Origin: a virus
Lineage: Duplodnaviria > Caudoviricetes
IMG/VR virus record: IMGVR_UViG_3300025769_000133
Location: 1 to 57,579 of that record
DNA length: 57,579 bases
Strand: one strand, 5' to 3'
The notes under the pieces are model-generated. The model saw only the letters and a program-made list of their open reading frames with translations, did no database searches and was not told the origin of the DNA. Positions 27,954 through 38,066 of this stretch are shown piece after piece (position 1 is the first letter of the stretch; the number at the start of each line of letters is the position of its first letter). The translations under genes were made by a program, and so were the position numbers.

Positions 27954-30900
27954 CTAAGTGTATGTAGGACAAATCTCATCGCTTGTGTCTCCTGTAAAGC
28001 AATTTACTTCAAATTGTATGTACCTATATATAGATATACCAGCTGGTGTTTGACCTACTAAAGCACCATCTGATAGTTTAACCAACAACATGTAACCTAA
28101 AGGTTCATTTGATTTTTTGTATATTGGATTATTACCACCACAATCTATAACATTAGGTATACTACCAAAAGCAACAACATCCCAATTGCAAGTTCCACCT
28201 GGATCACTACACGCATACCAATTGTTGGGCGTAACAAAATTGCCACTTTGAAAAACATTGTCCAAGCCGAAACCATTTGGATTACCAGGTCTAACACTTC
28301 TATTATAAAATATTGTATTAGAAAAAGTTTGCGTTCCTTGTTGTGGTGAATTTCCAATTTTAAACCATGGATCACCAAATGGTGAATTCCAATTATTTGT
28401 TGCATTACTACCATCTAACTTTATATAACCTGAACCTGACTCAACCCAAGCTTCTTCAATCTCCCATCTTAATTGTCTTCTGTTTGGCTCTGGAGAATTT
28501 GTTGAAGGATCAGCGCTTCCATTAAAACCATCTAAAACGACTAAAGGAGAATAAGTGTTAGAATTAGGTTGAGGTTGACAAGGGTTTGGATCTGTAGGTC
28601 CATTTGATCTTACTCTTGGTTTTAAATTTAAATTAAGTCTATTAACTGGATTTACAGGAACTGGATTAGATGGGTTAAAAGTAGGAGGTGGTACAGGCAT
28701 AGGTGTTTGTGATCCTACAGGATAATAAGCATAAGGTGATATGTTATTCAACAAATTAGGAGGTTGTACAACTATGCTATTAGTAACATTACCGTTAACC
28801 ACTTCAAAAGTAAAAGTATAATTATCAACAGTAGGTGAACTAGCATACCAAACAAAATATTGGTTTGGGGCAATAGCCATTTTAAAACTATTGTTAGCAT
28901 TTTTTATAAGCGTAGTGCTGAATACACTAGTAACGTTTCCACCATTACCGTTTGTAGCTAAAGTGAGTGTTATAGAAGTACTACCGTTATTTATTACTAA
29001 TCCACCAGCCGTAAGAGGATAAAAATCACCTGTAACTATATCGCCATCACCCATGCTTTCGTCTAAAAAGAAGTTTAAAGACTCTAAATCGGTTGGTAAA
29101 TCATTATCTTGTGCTGGATCTTCATCTAATATAAAGTCATTTAATTCTGATATTAATCCAGTAGTATTTGTTTCGTAAAATATGGGTATATTAGAAACTG
29201 TAGGAGCTGTTTCATATACGCTTAATACTCCTACTTTGTAATTAGGTAAAGGCCATTGTTCAGGAAAATTAAAAGCATAACTTGAACTTCTAGGATCAAG
29301 TTGATTTGATTGATCAAGATAACCAACAGCTGTACCTATTTGTTTTTGAGTTGAAATACTTGCTATTAAAGCAGAGTTGTCATTGTCAAATTCAATTTGA
29401 TTACTTAAATCTCCAGCTATAGAATAAAAAGGCGAGATTCTATAATCTCCTGTAGCTCCAAATTCAAAACCATTTATAGATCTATCCGTGCCAACATCTT
29501 TAGATTTACCTATTCTAACTACTTTATCCGCTGTTTTTTCAGGTGTTATTTGTATATTTTTATTTCTCCATTTTACCAATGCATCACCATTAAAAATATT
29601 GTTACCACCATTAGGTGCAAAAGCGTCATCAACTAAATAATTAACAACCCTTGGCCACATGCTTACACTACTATTAAAAAGAGATTGTTCTGGACCTACT
29701 TCTTGTAAGTCTCTTGGAACTTTATTTATGTTATCTCCATATAGAGGTGTGTATGCCTTTATTTTACTATATGTAAAACCAAAAGGAGTAGACCAAAAAC
29801 CACCAGCTGGTTGTGTCTGTGTGGTTGATGGAGCATCTTGAGTAGAATCTTTGTCTTGAGGTAAGTTATTTAAAATGCCTGGAAGATAAACATTGTAATA
29901 GTCTTGTTGCTGCTGTTTAACTACTATTTTATAAGTGTACCAACCCAGAGGATTCGCATCTTTTAAAACTTTTACTTCCACTTCTATATCAGGCACACCA
30001 CTTCCAGTTGGTTCTTCGAATAACACAAATTCACCTATTCCATAATTTTTTCCAGCTTTAATTATATTAGCACTACTTACATTTGTGTCTCCATTAGCGT
30101 CTACTGCAACCTGCAATGTTAAACCAGTACCTACACCTTCAGTGTCGTAAGCTTCAACTTGATAAGTATTATTAGGTAACCAATTAGCTCCTTGACTTAG
30201 AACTTCAAACTGTAATACTCCTCCTTCATCGGCGTATAATCCAGCATATCCAACAGTATTTAAAGCTGATGGTATTACATTGTTAAATTTAACCTTTAAA
30301 GAATCACCTGGCCAAACATCTTCTGGTTCAATACCATTGTAAGAAAACAAATCTTGTCCTTCACTTCTATAGTATGAAAAAGTTGTGGATCCTCCAAATT
30401 GTCCTAAATTACCAAACTTATTTGTTTTTGATAAATCATTTTGAGATAATATAACGTCAGATTGTCTTCCGTATCTGTCTGATAAAACAATACCAACTTG
30501 ATAAGTTCTGTTTTGTTTTAAACTATGATTTTGATACTCTTTTCTATAATATGGTTTAGTAACTATACCAGTTACTCCTTCTTTTAGTTTAGGTGTCACA
30601 CTTACGCTATAATCAAAATTGTCTGGTACAGCTGTTTTTGCGGTGTAATTAGCATATAATATTCTATTACCAGCGGTGTCTTGTGTTAAAGCTCTTATAG
30701 GTGTTACATCAGAAACTCTTACTAAATAAGATTCAGGTAAAGTTCTAATAGGTTTTCTAGAGTTGTAAACATATTCATAAGTATCAGTAGTAGTAGCATT
30801 TATTATTTCTTGTGTTTTTATAGTATCTAAAACCATTAAATTTAGACTATCTGAAGATTTATACAATATATCAATTTCTTGAACATGATATATATCATAA

Positions 30901-32141
30901 AGATCACTAAATTTATCTACATCTGCCGCTGTTGGAATCTGAAGTTTTACTTGAGTTATTTTATTTTCAAAGAAAGAAGCTATCGTACTATCATATATTT
31001 GTTTTTCACCATCAAAATTATCTTCTTGTCTATTTTGTATATAACCATCGTTTTTAGGAACAAATATAGATTGCGTAAATGGAGAAGCTATAGAATACTC
31101 ATTATCGTCAAATTTAAACCTATAGGCTAATTTTATAAACTTATCTTTTAAAAAATTTTCATCTCCGGGAAATTCAGAATCATAGTACGGGTTTAAACCT
31201 ATAGTTAGCGTATCGCCAATATTTAAATTAGGAACTTCATCTGAAAGATATATCTCACCATTTATTACGTTAACTTTTAATATAGTTTCACCCCAACTAT
31301 TAGTATCTTCTAAAATACCAATTCCAACGCCTTCGCATAAAATTCTTTCATTTCCAGCAACACTTTCAACGCCTACATATTGAGCAATATTCGTTGCTGC
31401 GTCTACTTCATCACCGTTAGAAGCGTCAGGTTTTGTGCAAATACCTTTAATCCAACCAGATGCTGAAAATTGATTATCTGTTATTTCTATTTGAACATAG
31501 TAAGGCAATGTTTTAGATGTAACATCTCTCATTGTAGACTCTATCTCTCCACTAGAATTTTCTTTCCATAACTTTATAGGATCCCAAGGAAAATACTTAG
31601 CAACAGATATTTGTTCTTCCCTATAATAATAAGGACTACCAGAAGTAAAACTTTGCTCTAAAGCTTTTGTTATGTTTATTTTTCTAGGTTGATTACGATT
31701 GTCAGTCCAAAACAAAAGATTTTCAAGTATTGTTACACCTTGTACTGGATGAGTTTTAGAAAAATTCAAAAAACTACCAGCTACTAATATTAAGAAGCTA
31801 TCTGTATCAAAATTATAATATAATACAAAACACTCTGAGCCACTTGTAGCTCTATTTGATAAAGTGTTAAAAGACGAATCTGTATAGTTTGTCGCGAAAG
31901 CATACAAACTATTGGTACTTTCATCTACTTGTGACCCTATTATATCTAAATTTCTAGTTGTTATACCAAAATTAGTTAAAAGATGATTACCTAAAATATT
32001 TTCCATAGCCCCAACATCATCACTTTCTGATTTGTTTACAGCTATATTTACGCCTTCTCTATACTCTCCGTTAGGTAAAAGTCTCTCGTCCAAGTCTTGA
32101 TTCATTTTGGACTTCATAAAAGTATTTTTTATTTCTGGCAT
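27954..32141 (-). CDS. Tail stabilisation/nozzle protein, N-terminal part with inserted domains
   Basis: N-term KMNQDLDERLLPNGEYR; LLFWTDNRNQPRKIN; YRFKFDDNEYS; SLKQNRTYQVGIV..DRYGR. Confidence 0.75.
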   Translation of the reverse strand: MPEIKNTFMKSKMNQDLDERLLPNGEYREGVNIAVNKSESDDVGAMENILGNHLLTNFGITTRNLDIIGSQVDESTNSLYAFATNYTDSSFNTLSNRATSGSECFVLYYNFDTDSFLILVAGSFLNFSKTHPVQGVTILENLLFWTDNRNQPRKINITKALEQSFTSGSPYYYREEQISVAKYFPWDPIKLWKENSSGEIESTMRDVTSKTLPYYVQIEITDNQFSASGWIKGICTKPDASNGDEVDAATNIAQYVGVESVAGNERILCEGVGIGILEDTNSWGETILKVNVINGEIYLSDEVPNLNIGDTLTIGLNPYYDSEFPGDENFLKDKFIKLAYRFKFDDNEYSIASPFTQSIFVPKNDGYIQNRQEDNFDGEKQIYDSTIASFFENKITQVKLQIPTAADVDKFSDLYDIYHVQEIDILYKSSDSLNLMVLDTIKTQEIINATTTDTYEYVYNSRKPIRTLPESYLVRVSDVTPIRALTQDTAGNRILYANYTAKTAVPDNFDYSVSVTPKLKEGVTGIVTKPYYRKEYQNHSLKQNRTYQVGIVLSDRYGRQSDVILSQNDLSKTNKFGNLGQFGGSTTFSYYRSEGQDLFSYNGIEPEDVWPGDSLKVKFNNVIPSALNTVGYAGLYADEGGVLQFEVLSQGANWLPNNTYQVEAYDTEGVGTGLTLQVAVDANGDTNVSSANIIKAGKNYGIGEFVLFEEPTGSGVPDIEVEVKVLKDANPLGWYTYKIVVKQQQQDYYNVYLPGILNNLPQDKDSTQDAPSTTQTQPAGGFWSTPFGFTYSKIKAYTPLYGDNINKVPRDLQEVGPEQSLFNSSVSMWPRVVNYLVDDAFAPNGGNNIFNGDALVKWRNKNIQITPEKTADKVVRIGKSKDVGTDRSINGFEFGATGDYRISPFYSIAGDLSNQIEFDNDNSALIASISTQKQIGTAVGYLDQSNQLDPRSSSYAFNFPEQWPLPNYKVGVLSVYETAPTVSNIPIFYETNTTGLISELNDFILDEDPAQDNDLPTDLESLNFFLDESMGDGDIVTGDFYPLTAGGLVINNGSTSITLTLATNGNGGNVTSVFSTTLIKNANNSFKMAIAPNQYFVWYASSPTVDNYTFTFEVVNGNVTNSIVVQPPNLLNNISPYAYYPVGSQTPMPVPPPTFNPSNPVPVNPVNRLNLNLKPRVRSNGPTDPNPCQPQPNSNTYSPLVVLDGFNGSADPSTNSPEPNRRQLRWEIEEAWVESGSGYIKLDGSNATNNWNSPFGDPWFKIGNSPQQGTQTFSNTIFYNRSVRPGNPNGFGLDNVFQSGNFVTPNNWYACSDPGGTCNWDVVAFGSIPNVIDCGGNNPIYKKSNEPLGYMLLVKLSDGALVGQTPAGISIYRYIQFEVNCFTGDTSDEICPTYT

Positions 32142-32143
32142 AA

Positions 32144-33328
32144 TTAATGTTTAATCCATTTTGACTTACCTCTCATAACCTGTGTAAATGTATCTAGTTT
32201 TATATTTTGTAATCTTATTTTAGCATTTCTAGTTTTCACAGATTTTTCTTTTTTGTAAAAGCTTTTAGTAAAACTATCGATATCTTTTCGAGGTGCTATT
32301 ACATTATACATTATTGACATGTACATTGCTTCTTCTGCTAGTTTAGGAACTCTCATATCGCTTTCGCTTCCTAATCCATCAGATATGTACTTTAACACTA
32401 TAGTTCTATTAGCTAAATCGCTTGAAAAAGAAAAATTACCAGTTCTTTCATTAATGCTAAACCAACCATTAGAATTACTATATTGAGGATCTAATCCAAA
32501 TCTTCTACCATAAACAAATTTCCACCAAACATAATCATAAACACCACTATAACCTTCCATGTTGAAAGCTCCTGTTATATTGTTGTCGTTAGCATTAGCC
32601 CATTCTTCTTCTATTAAAGATTGTTGAGCTTCATTATTTTCGCCAAATGAATTTTGTGTAGGTATGCCATTAGAATCTTGAATAGGTAGTTCAGTTGGAT
32701 TAGTACTTAATCCTTCTAATGGATTAATAGTGTGTAAAACACCTGATCTATCTGACCAAGCTACTCTAACATAGTTCACGTAATCTTGTGGTATTGGCAC
32801 AGATAAACTTGGGGGTATTGTTAATTCTTGAGATTTCAAGCAGGGTAATGTGTCATACGAAAGCTCTTGCAAACTTCTTTTAGCATGAAAAAGTATATTA
32901 GTCCTTTTAACATCGTTTAATATTTGGTCAACACCAGTATAACCAATTATAAAGTTATCTACAATATCATTAAGTGATATATAACTATAATCACCATAAT
33001 TTTTATTTATAGCATATTCTTTTAATTGACACAATATAAAATCACCAGCTAAAACTTGATTTTGCAAACCAACTTCATTTGTAGAAGGATTTATTATATA
33101 TATTTCAGATTCGGGAATTTGTTGTAAAGTAGTTGCGTGAAATAAATTAAAGTTTGAACTAGATAATATTTGATCACCAGCTTGATTGTAAGCACTAATT
33201 AAAGTAGTGTTAAAACCTTGTCCTGTGGCTGAATTTCCAAATGTTAGTGTAGACGTATTGCTAGGAAGTGGACCTAAAACTTTTTGTCCTGAATAATATT
33301 CTGCGTTTGATTCTTTTATAAGTCCCAT
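32144..33328 (-). CDS. Tail tubular/ring protein
   Basis: FHAKRSLQELSYD, PQDYVNYVRVAW, LKYISDGL, PKLAEEA; position in tail module. Confidence 0.65.
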   Translation of the reverse strand: MGLIKESNAEYYSGQKVLGPLPSNTSTLTFGNSATGQGFNTTLISAYNQAGDQILSSSNFNLFHATTLQQIPESEIYIINPSTNEVGLQNQVLAGDFILCQLKEYAINKNYGDYSYISLNDIVDNFIIGYTGVDQILNDVKRTNILFHAKRSLQELSYDTLPCLKSQELTIPPSLSVPIPQDYVNYVRVAWSDRSGVLHTINPLEGLSTNPTELPIQDSNGIPTQNSFGENNEAQQSLIEEEWANANDNNITGAFNMEGYSGVYDYVWWKFVYGRRFGLDPQYSNSNGWFSINERTGNFSFSSDLANRTIVLKYISDGLGSESDMRVPKLAEEAMYMSIMYNVIAPRKDIDSFTKSFYKKEKSVKTRNAKIRLQNIKLDTFTQVMRGKSKWIKH

Positions 33329-33329
33329 T

Positions 33330-34097
33330 TTAACTTGCTTCTAATTGATCTTGTTGAGCTACAGCTTGTGCAGCCGTTTGAGTGATCTGTGAATTTCCTA
33401 TTACTATACCTGAGTACGCTAATATTCTTAAAATAACTTCAGTTTGGTCTGTTTCGTCTATTTCAAAATCTTGAAAACCAGTTGAAGGTATAACACCTGG
33501 ATCTACAGGGTTACTAGAGTTATTGAATATATAATTGCCTAAACCAGCATTTATAGTATATGCCCAAACAACATTTTTAGGTTTTCTAATATATTCTAAA
33601 GTGTATGTAGAATTAGTATCGCTTATCGGTAGTGTTTTTATCTTGTCACCTATCTGTGTGTATATAGGCCCTTGCACACCGCTTGTAGGTGCAGTTGGGA
33701 TAGGATTTGTTAAAGGAGATCTAACGATATGGTTAAACTCTCTTTTAGTAGTTTTCTCTACTTCAATATCTTTATAGTCATATTTTTTATACATTATAGA
33801 ACCTAATCTATAAACTTCACTTGGTAAGGTAGCTTCACCAGCGTTGTTAAAAACCAAAACTTGTTCTTCTTCAAAGTAAGCTATTTTTTCTTCTAAAAGT
33901 TTAACTCTATTAGCATATTCACTACTATTTCCACCAACTCTCAATTGTTGATTAAGATTTTCAAAATAAGTTTCAAATATTTCTAACTGTACTTGCGTAG
34001 CTATTTGATTAAACTCATACGGTGTTATATAACCTCTTTGTTCTTTGTTTATTATACTTAGTACAGTTTTATATACTGTGTTTACATTTATAGCCAT
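33330..34097 (-). CDS. Tail tubular/ring (head-tail adaptor) protein
   Basis: VYKTVLSIINKEQRGYITPYEFN..A..VQLEIF, YIRKP, DFEI; crAss-like ring protein pattern. Confidence 0.7.
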   Translation of the reverse strand: MAINVNTVYKTVLSIINKEQRGYITPYEFNQIATQVQLEIFETYFENLNQQLRVGGNSSEYANRVKLLEEKIAYFEEEQVLVFNNAGEATLPSEVYRLGSIMYKKYDYKDIEVEKTTKREFNHIVRSPLTNPIPTAPTSGVQGPIYTQIGDKIKTLPISDTNSTYTLEYIRKPKNVVWAYTINAGLGNYIFNNSSNPVDPGVIPSTGFQDFEIDETDQTEVILRILAYSGIVIGNSQITQTAAQAVAQQDQLEAS

Positions 34098-34111
34098 TTT
34101 AGTCTTTTTAT

Positions 34112-34141
34112 AAAAAAAAGGCGGCGCTTTGCCGCCCTTTT
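34112..34141 (-). terminator. Intrinsic terminator
   Basis: Minus strand GGGCGGC-AAAGC-GCCGCC followed by T8, just downstream of the 250-aa gene. Confidence 0.8.
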
Positions 34142-34163
34142 ACTATTATTACAGGTTAAGAAA

Positions 34164-34916
34164 TTATTTTAACTTTTTTTCTATAGATTTATAAACTTCT
34201 ACGCCATCATCAGTTTTTAACCACGCTGCAAAAGCAGAGTATGGGTTTTCTTCAAACGGAACAGTCATTAATTTTTTACCATTACTAGCCCAAGCGAAAG
34301 TTCTTTGATCTGCAGATAATTTTATTATCATTGCTTCAGTAGCTTTGATAGCAAAATTTCTAAGTTCAACATTATCATCATTTGATAACTCTAAAAACAA
34401 AGCTGGGTTTCTTTTAGCAAATATAAGTAAATCTCTTTTTATCTCCTTAGAACTCATCTTAGACACTCTAGAGCCTTGTTCAACTCTTAATATAGCTTCA
34501 CAATGTTCTATATCTAACTCTCTAGCTAAAGCAATAGCTTCAAATTCTAGTTCTATGATATCTATATCATCTTCAGCGTTTTGAACTGTATCTAACTCAG
34601 TGTACTTCTTATTTAGTTCTGGGTGATATAAAGATAATAACTTTTGTAAGTTTTGTTTTTCTTTTGGTACATGTAACACACCATCTTTAAATACCACATG
34701 CTCTAATGTTGACATACCTTGCTGTTCATCTGTAAACACAGATCTTTGATTACTAGCATATCTAAGTTCTCTTTGATATCCTTTTTCAGCATCAAAATGC
34801 ATTAATGGAAAACGCCTAGTATGTTTAGAACGTAGTGTATACGTTAATGGTGATTTATCATTTAAAAGATAATAGTTTCTATCTTTAACTTCCCATGTTT
34901 TTTCTTTTGTTGACAT
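34164..34916 (-). CDS. Hypothetical head-region protein, 250 aa
   Basis: ORF track; between capsid-associated and tail genes. Confidence 0.75.
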   Translation of the reverse strand: MSTKEKTWEVKDRNYYLLNDKSPLTYTLRSKHTRRFPLMHFDAEKGYQRELRYASNQRSVFTDEQQGMSTLEHVVFKDGVLHVPKEKQNLQKLLSLYHPELNKKYTELDTVQNAEDDIDIIELEFEAIALARELDIEHCEAILRVEQGSRVSKMSSKEIKRDLLIFAKRNPALFLELSNDDNVELRNFAIKATEAMIIKLSADQRTFAWASNGKKLMTVPFEENPYSAFAAWLKTDDGVEVYKSIEKKLK

Positions 34917-34947
34917 AATATAATATAATATAATTTATTTTTTTGTT

Positions 34948-35769
34948 TTATTTTTGTGTGCTATATTCTTCTTCCCATACTTGTAGTTGTTCATCTCTAA
35001 CTGCAGTTAAAAGTTGAAGACCATCATTAAGAAGCTCTTGCAAGCCCACTTGATCATAACTGTATAAATTTTCGGTTAGATCTCCTGTATCAAATGGCCA
35101 AAAAGATATAAAACTTCCATCAGGAGTTTGCATTTTATTTTGGTCTTGTCCAGATCTAGAAGCAGTTCCTAATCCTTCTGCAATATAAAGATTAACCATT
35201 CCTCCAGCATCATTGTTTATGAAAGGATCAAAATACTCTTTGTTTTTTGTTTTAAACCAATTACCTGCCAAAGTAGCGTATTCATCAAGAACAGCTGGAT
35301 AATATTCAATTTGGTAACTAAAATCAATAATCTCAGTTTCATCTGAAGCCATTGATTTAGAAAAATTACTATTTATTTCAGCAGCAGCTTTTGTGTAAAT
35401 ACTATGACTAACTTCACTACCATTTAATGGGTCATACGGTTCCATTAATTGATCAACGTATTTACCTAAAGACGGATTTCCTGATATATTTATTACTTTT
35501 CCAAACGTGGGATTAAGTTGAAACGACTGGCTTATTAAAGCAGAAGCAGCAAATAATGCATACCTAATACCCTTGTCTTTTGGGATGGCTAATGCAATAA
35601 TAGCACCTTCTCGCCCCAAGTATAAACATGTAGCTTCTGTAAAAGGATCGCCATAAGGTATGTATGCTTTGTTATCAAGGACTTGCCCGTTCACTGAATT
35701 ACGTAATGCAAGACCTCCATTGATTCCAAATGGCGGTTGGGCTACTTTATAACTTATTGTTTTTTTCAT
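34948..35769 (-). CDS. Hypothetical protein, possible capsid decoration, 273 aa
   Basis: ORF track; second gene after the major capsid gene. Confidence 0.6.
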   Translation of the reverse strand: MKKTISYKVAQPPFGINGGLALRNSVNGQVLDNKAYIPYGDPFTEATCLYLGREGAIIALAIPKDKGIRYALFAASALISQSFQLNPTFGKVINISGNPSLGKYVDQLMEPYDPLNGSEVSHSIYTKAAAEINSNFSKSMASDETEIIDFSYQIEYYPAVLDEYATLAGNWFKTKNKEYFDPFINNDAGGMVNLYIAEGLGTASRSGQDQNKMQTPDGSFISFWPFDTGDLTENLYSYDQVGLQELLNDGLQLLTAVRDEQLQVWEEEYSTQK

Positions 35770-35784
35770 AATTTTTATATTTTA

Positions 35785-35818
35785 AATACAGCCTCTGATT
35801 TAAATCAAAGGCTGTATT
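35785..35818 (-). terminator. Hairpin, probable terminator or processing site after the capsid transcript
   Basis: AATACAGCCT(C)TGATTTAAATCA(A)AGGCTGTATT near-perfect inverted repeat; only a short U tail. Confidence 0.6.
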
Positions 35819-35829
35819 ATTAATTGTTA

Positions 35830-36561
35830 TTAGTTCCCTCCACTTTGTACAAACTTGTATATGTGCTTTTTGACAATAGTGTCAGCTGAAACATTAGCAT
35901 CTGCAAAAATTGGAGCAGACTCTGTTTGTAATTTAGCTAGTTGATAAACTGGTTTATATTCTTGACAACATAATTGTGTTGAACATTCTTTTTCTTCCAA
36001 TACAACATTTCCACTACTGTCTATAACAGCTGGCCACGTAAATGGACCTCCAGCGACTATTGCTACACAATCATTAGCTAAAGTATCTGCATCATCGGCA
36101 ACTTGTTGCCCCACAACATTCAATTGTCCAACAATCGCTTTAAAATCATCAGTGTTAAATGAAGCACCAAATTCTGACCAAGAATATATCAAACTGAAAT
36201 CAACTACTGCTGTATCTGATAAACCTAGTGATGATACAACACCATTCATTGATTTTTGACCATCCAGTGCAAGATAAGGTATATACTCTGCATTCAAGGA
36301 CAATTCTGTACCTAAATTAGGATATCCTGTTTCATTAGGGTATAAACAAATGTATCTATAAGCAAGTTCAATTCCAGCGTTCCAGTTTATTATATCTTGA
36401 CTTGGATCAACCTTATAGTTTTCAATTACATAATTACTTCCACCCCAGCCAAAATTCGTTGATTGTGGGCTAAAGTCAAAATTGGTAGGTAAATCATTAT
36501 TTGGAGACGATATAAAATAAGAACCGTCTGTTTGTGCTATTTTTACTTTTATACTTGACAT
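35830..36561 (-). CDS. Hypothetical protein, possible capsid decoration, 243 aa
   Basis: Directly downstream of the major capsid gene; Cys cluster ECSTQLCCQE. Confidence 0.6.
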   Translation of the reverse strand: MSSIKVKIAQTDGSYFISSPNNDLPTNFDFSPQSTNFGWGGSNYVIENYKVDPSQDIINWNAGIELAYRYICLYPNETGYPNLGTELSLNAEYIPYLALDGQKSMNGVVSSLGLSDTAVVDFSLIYSWSEFGASFNTDDFKAIVGQLNVVGQQVADDADTLANDCVAIVAGGPFTWPAVIDSSGNVVLEEKECSTQLCCQEYKPVYQLAKLQTESAPIFADANVSADTIVKKHIYKFVQSGGN

Positions 36562-36587
36562 AATTTATGTTTTTAAAGATTAATAAA

Positions 36588-38048
36588 TTACGCTACAAAT
36601 AATACAAAGTTATTAGCAGCCTGTACACATAGACATCTTTCAGAAAGATAATGAACTTCCATAGCATCAAGAGATGAAGTATAAGCTCCACCTACTGAAC
36701 CAGTGATCCATGATTTCATTCTTCTATCGTCTGTTTCAGAAGCTCTGTATCTTACGTGTAAGAACGGGCGTCTGATGTTTGATCCTAACATTTGATCATA
36801 TACTGTTGAAGTTCCAGCAGGAATTAACACACCTTTGATATCGTTAACCATACCTCTTGTAGAAGCATCGTTTAAGTATTTCCAGTCAGTTTTGTAGAAG
36901 TCATAAGAACCTCTTCTGAAACCAGAAAAACCAAAGTTTAATGCCATTTCAGCTTCGTTATCGAATAAACCATAAGAAGCAGCGCTTGTGTTGTTATATC
37001 CACCACCAGCTTGAGCAGCAATCATATCATCAAAGTCTAAAGCTGTAGCCCTGTCTAAGAATAACATGTTTTCTTCAATAGCACCTTGTAAATCTAGTTG
37101 TGAAAGTATTTGATCGAAATCACCTAAAGCACCAGCACCAGGATTAGCAGCACCAGAAAAACCAGCATATACATTACCTCTTTCTTCTAAAGCAGCAAAC
37201 ATACCTTGAGTACCAGTTCCATTAGTACCACCAGTATAGCCAGCAACACCAGAATTAGCAGCGGCTAATTCACCTTCAACCATCGCCATTTCAAGATAAT
37301 CTTCATATCTTAATCTAGTTTCTGATTCAGCTTTCATATACCATAAGAATCCAGACGTTCCGTCTTCTGTAGCAACTTCAACCCAACCGATTTGAGCAGT
37401 GTCAGAACCATTAACTAAATACTTGTCTTTAATAATAGTTGGTTTGTTAGAGAACTGAGTGAAAGATGGAGTTACTGATCCTTCCATTCCTAATGTTCCT
37501 TTTGCAAAGTCAGATCCGTAAACGAATACTTTTAAATCAGCGTTTGATAAAGCAGCAAAGTCAGCAGCAGTATAACAAACAGCAGTAAAATCTAAGTTTG
37601 TTGGATTTCCAGGATTTGGAGCTACAGTAATTAAACCTTTTAATGTTAATCCAGTAGCTGGATCAAACACCACGATGTTTTGATTAACTCTAACAGCAAC
37701 CTCATTACCACCAGGTACAATAACTGAAAATACAGTTTCACCATTAGCAGCAGGTGCTCCTTTTGATACATTGTCATAACCAATGTGTAATCTATTTTGT
37801 TCAGACCAAATTACTTGATCAGATGTCATTGGCATTTCAGCGCCAACCATTCTTAAAAATCCAGATAACGTTCTGTTACCGAATCTCTCTACTTCCTGCT
37901 CATATAATTCAGGTAAGTATTGTTGTGCAAAACTGCTAAAGTCAGCAGCATTTGGATCAGTCCACTGCAAGTAGTTACTTGACAATATTGACTGGTCTTG
38001 AGTTGGTGTTAATCCAGCGTTTTGCACTGTAAAATTTCCTAAAGCCAT
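36588..38048 (-). CDS. Major capsid protein
   Basis: QQYLPELYEQEVERFGNRT, SDQVIWSEQNRLH, GFRRGSYDFYK, RPFLHVRYR, HYLSERCL; follows portal and scaffold; biased codon usage. Confidence 0.85.
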   Translation of the reverse strand: MALGNFTVQNAGLTPTQDQSILSSNYLQWTDPNAADFSSFAQQYLPELYEQEVERFGNRTLSGFLRMVGAEMPMTSDQVIWSEQNRLHIGYDNVSKGAPAANGETVFSVIVPGGNEVAVRVNQNIVVFDPATGLTLKGLITVAPNPGNPTNLDFTAVCYTAADFAALSNADLKVFVYGSDFAKGTLGMEGSVTPSFTQFSNKPTIIKDKYLVNGSDTAQIGWVEVATEDGTSGFLWYMKAESETRLRYEDYLEMAMVEGELAAANSGVAGYTGGTNGTGTQGMFAALEERGNVYAGFSGAANPGAGALGDFDQILSQLDLQGAIEENMLFLDRATALDFDDMIAAQAGGGYNNTSAASYGLFDNEAEMALNFGFSGFRRGSYDFYKTDWKYLNDASTRGMVNDIKGVLIPAGTSTVYDQMLGSNIRRPFLHVRYRASETDDRRMKSWITGSVGGAYTSSLDAMEVHYLSERCLCVQAANNFVLFVA

Positions 38049-38066
38049 AATTTTTGGTTTTAATTT

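Noticed and set aside
36562-36600. Programmed frameshift or readthrough extending the major capsid protein
   Set aside because: Ends in TAA with no obvious slippery site; the next ORF has its own A-rich leader and ATG.
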